Shown here piece after piece: positions 61,000-64,000 of a DNA stretch of 64,000 bases. The stretch lies in NCBI GenBank assembly GCA_004431415.1, contig QPMI01000015.1, forward strand, positions 372,001-436,000, in the 5' to 3' direction. The position numbers and the translations under genes are program-made. Each line of letters opens with the position of its first letter. Positions within the stretch are counted from its first letter, which is position 1. This DNA comes from Cyanophora paradoxa CCMP329 (taxonomy: Eukaryota > Plantae > Glaucophyta). The notes beneath the pieces were generated by a model. That model worked only from the letters and a program-made list of their open reading frames with translations. It made no database searches and was not told where the DNA came from.

Positions 61000-63900
61000 C
61001 TAGGCCTCCAGCATCCAACCCTCGCCCCCGCCCTGTTCGAACACACGCCGCAGCAGGTCGCCCGCCCGCGTGCTTGCGTCCGCCTGCGGCAGGTATGTGA
61101 ATATTGGTCCATCTTCAAAGTTTGGGTTAGAGAGGCGCGGCATTTGATGTACGCACGAGGGCTTCTCGACAATCGACGAGCATTGCACGTCCAAGGCGGC
61201 GGATGCAGATGGGATCAGTGGCCTTCGCAAATCAAATCGAAGACCATAAATATTATCCAAAGACAAGAGAGCCGAGCGTGCTTCCACCTGGGAGAGAACT
61301 GAATCGAGTGGAGCCCCATCCGGCATCCTCCAGAGCCGCACCGTCTCATCTTGGCTGCCCGATGCCAGCGTCCTGCCATCCTGGACACATGCCGCGCGAG
61401 CTTGAGCGACCGCACGACCACAATCTTTGTATAATTATATCATCTTAAATTTCAGGTACCGGAGCGAATGCCACGAAGAATACCAAGTCCGAGTGCCCCT
61501 TCAGAACGCGGAGCAGAGCTCCGTCCTCTACGTTCCACAGCCGTACTACACCGTCGTAGTGAGCGGATGCCACCGTCTTGCCGCTCTGCGCAATTGCAAG
61601 CTTTAACCCACAAATAAATTAAAGAGCAACTCCGAGCGCCATGCAAGTTAAGTCGGACCGCGATTATAATTAGACGCACCGGCGAGAACGCCAGTGAGCT
61701 GACGACGTTCGAATACGTGGCTTCTTTTAGCACGTGAAGCAGTGCACCGTCTGCCACGCTCCACAGCCGCACTGTCTGGTCCTCGCTGCCTGAAGCCAAT
61801 GTCTTCCCATCCTGTCCGCCCCTTGAGGGTCAGCTGGCTTGCGACGAGTTGGAATCTAGCTAGCTACTCAAACACACACATGTAGATACACACACACATC
61901 TTTTTAACTAGTACTTGCTTCGAAGACTAAGCCCCGCCCAAAAAACTTTCAAACGCACCGGTGAGAGCGCAACCGATGTTATGCCAGAAGCGTGGCCCTC
62001 GAAGACCCGCAGTAGCGCCCCATCCGCGACGCTCCAGAGTCGCGCGGTTCCATCCAAGCTGCCCGAAGCCAGGGTCTGTCCATCCTGTCCAACAAGCTCA
62101 CGTAAGCACATGCACCTCATTAAGCGATAGCTACGGCATCGCTAGGTATTTAGCGAGATTCAGATCCATGGCCAACGAGGCTCGCATCGACCGCCCGAAG
62201 ACTCCTATTCCCAACGGCCCAAAGGCTCGCGCACCGACGAGAATGACAGTGAGGGGACCTTGTGTACATGCGCTTTCAGGTCGAGTCTTAAAGTTCCATC
62301 CGCCACACTCCACAATTTCAAGGTCGTGTCCGTGCTGCTAGAGGCCAGTGTCTTGCCGTCCTGCTCGCTCGTGAGCATACGAATGCCGATTCGCGCTGAA
62401 GTCGCACACGGGCGCACCGGCGAGAAAGCCAACGATAATACCGTCCATCTATGCCCTTTAAGCACATGCGTCACGGTCCCTTCCGCCGTGCTCCATAATC
62501 GCACGATTGCACGCTCCTCGCCCCATGCAGCTGTTGCCATCGTCTTGCCGTCCTGCTCGTCATGGCCAGCAGTAAGTAGCAAATTACTTGCCCTCGCTTA
62601 CAACGGAAGCCACCCGAACCGGAGAGAGGGCCATTGTTGACACGCGATAAGCAGGGTCTCCGAGAACTTGTACTGTTGTACCGTCTGTCATGCTCCATAA
62701 ATGCACCTTGTCATTGCGGGCGCACGATGCCATTGTCCTTCCATCCTGCCGTTTGCGAGTCACTTGTGTAAGACACTTGCAATTGATCATGGCAGTTTAC
62801 TTTCATATTATATGCATCGATTCGATCAATGAAGAATATCAATAATTCGCACCGGCAGGAATGCCACTGAGTTGACGCCATTGGAATGCCCATCGGAAAC
62901 GCGACGAGTACGCAGATTCCCGCCCTCCAGATGTGTGCTCCACAACCGCACCGTCCTCATGTCACACGAAGCTAGTGCCTTGCCCTTCTGTCATAGCATC
63001 AAGCACTATAGATCAGATCGATGCATGATCATGATGCGAACTGTGCGAGTGCTCAAAGAACGCACAGGAGAGAATGCCACTGAAAGGACGTCGGACTTGT
63101 GTCCCCCAAAGACGCGGAGCGGCTCGCCATCCGCCACGCTCCACAGCCGCGCAGTCCTGTCGCTGCTGCCCGATGCCAGCATGTTGCCACCCTGCACGAT
63201 CGCGTTTTGCAGGCGTCTATCAGATATGGTTGAACGCTCGGTATCTATGCTGCTCGCACCGGCGAGAATGAAATTGAGCAGACTGACGCTGTATGCCCTT
63301 TGAAAACACGAAGCAGTGAGCCGTCTATGATGCTCCACATTCGCACTGTGTCGTCTCCGCGGCCGCATCCTGCCGCCAATGCCTTGCCGTCCTGGATGCC
63401 ACAAGCCCGCACCGGTGAACAAGAGGCAGCATGTCATGCTGACTGGGCTTACCGGCGAGAAAGCCGCAGACGTGGCACCCCCAGGCACTTGGAGTACGCG
63501 AAGCTCCACCCCGTCCGCCACACTCCGCAGTTGCAAAGTTTGATCTTGGACGCATGAGGCCAGGATTGTGCCGTCCTGAAAGAACCCCAACTGTCAGCAA
63601 CATGTCTATTCCCATGCACCCGGCAGCTTCGGCACCGGAGAGAAAGCCACCGAGCAGACAGAGTCCGTGAATCCCTCGAGAACGCGCAGCAGCGCCCCAT
63701 CTGCTACGTTCCATAGGCGCACGGTCTTGTCTTGACTGCCGGAAGCCAGAGTCGTGCTGTCCTACTTGCCCAAATAGGCATTCGTGAATGATCAGGCAAA
63801 TGATTGAATTAAAATGGAGCTCGAGACTGTTGAGGAAAGGCCAAATTTCTTCGCACCAACGAAAATGTAGTTGAAAATATGTGATCGGTGTGCCCCTCAA

Positions 63901-64000
63901 GCTTGAGAGTGCCAAGCAGTGACTCGTCCATGACACCCCACGTACACAGGCCCACGATTCTGTCTGCCCCACCCCACGCCAACTTCTTGCCGTCCTGTGT
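61000..64000 (-). CDS. WD40 repeat protein, 3' part: 13 single-repeat exons plus a short tail; 5' end beyond the window
   Basis: Each exon reads [42 protein letters not shown], bounded by AG|GAY GGN and CCG|GT (e.g. 62084-61959 and 63761-63636, both 126 nt). Stop position approximate. Confidence 0.9.

Noticed and set aside
1-64000. Hundreds of long overlapping Arg/Gly/Pro/Ala-rich ORFs (e.g. 45355-47754, 23926-25806, 16930-18480)
   Set aside because: Expected from stop-codon scarcity at very high GC; they are shadow or antisense frames of spliced genes.

Overview
Eukaryotic genomic DNA from a GC-rich, intron-dense unicellular organism (probably a flagellated alga or protist; the taxon cannot be fixed from sequence alone). 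Most long entries in the six-frame ORF track are GC-driven artefacts. The real genes are split by short (about 55-200 nt) spliceosomal introns, many with GC-AG boundaries. By splicing manually I read 12 genes: a giant multi-ASH/Hydin-type protein (partial, -), SMIM7 (+), ERG2/sigma-1 receptor (-), an NHLRC2/SOQ1-like Trx-NHL protein (+), FAM204A (-), a MYND-finger protein (+), a CUB-domain surface protein (-), a SUV3-family helicase apparently fused to an N-terminal F-box/Zn module (-), an IPT/TIG plus GT-A glycosyltransferase (-), a DUF4062-NACHT-TPR STAND protein (+), an SDS22-like LRR protein (-) and riboflavin synthase (+). A 13th, partial WD40 gene (-) has exactly one repeat per phase-0 exon. 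A lower-GC island (about 27.1-44.3 kb) holds an inverted MITE pair, poly(A)-tailed retroposon fragments with target-site duplications, captured gene fragments and the F-box-SUV3 gene. Best novelty candidates: the F-box-SUV3 fusion and the one-repeat-per-exon WD40 array. All family calls come from motif recognition by eye, not database searches.
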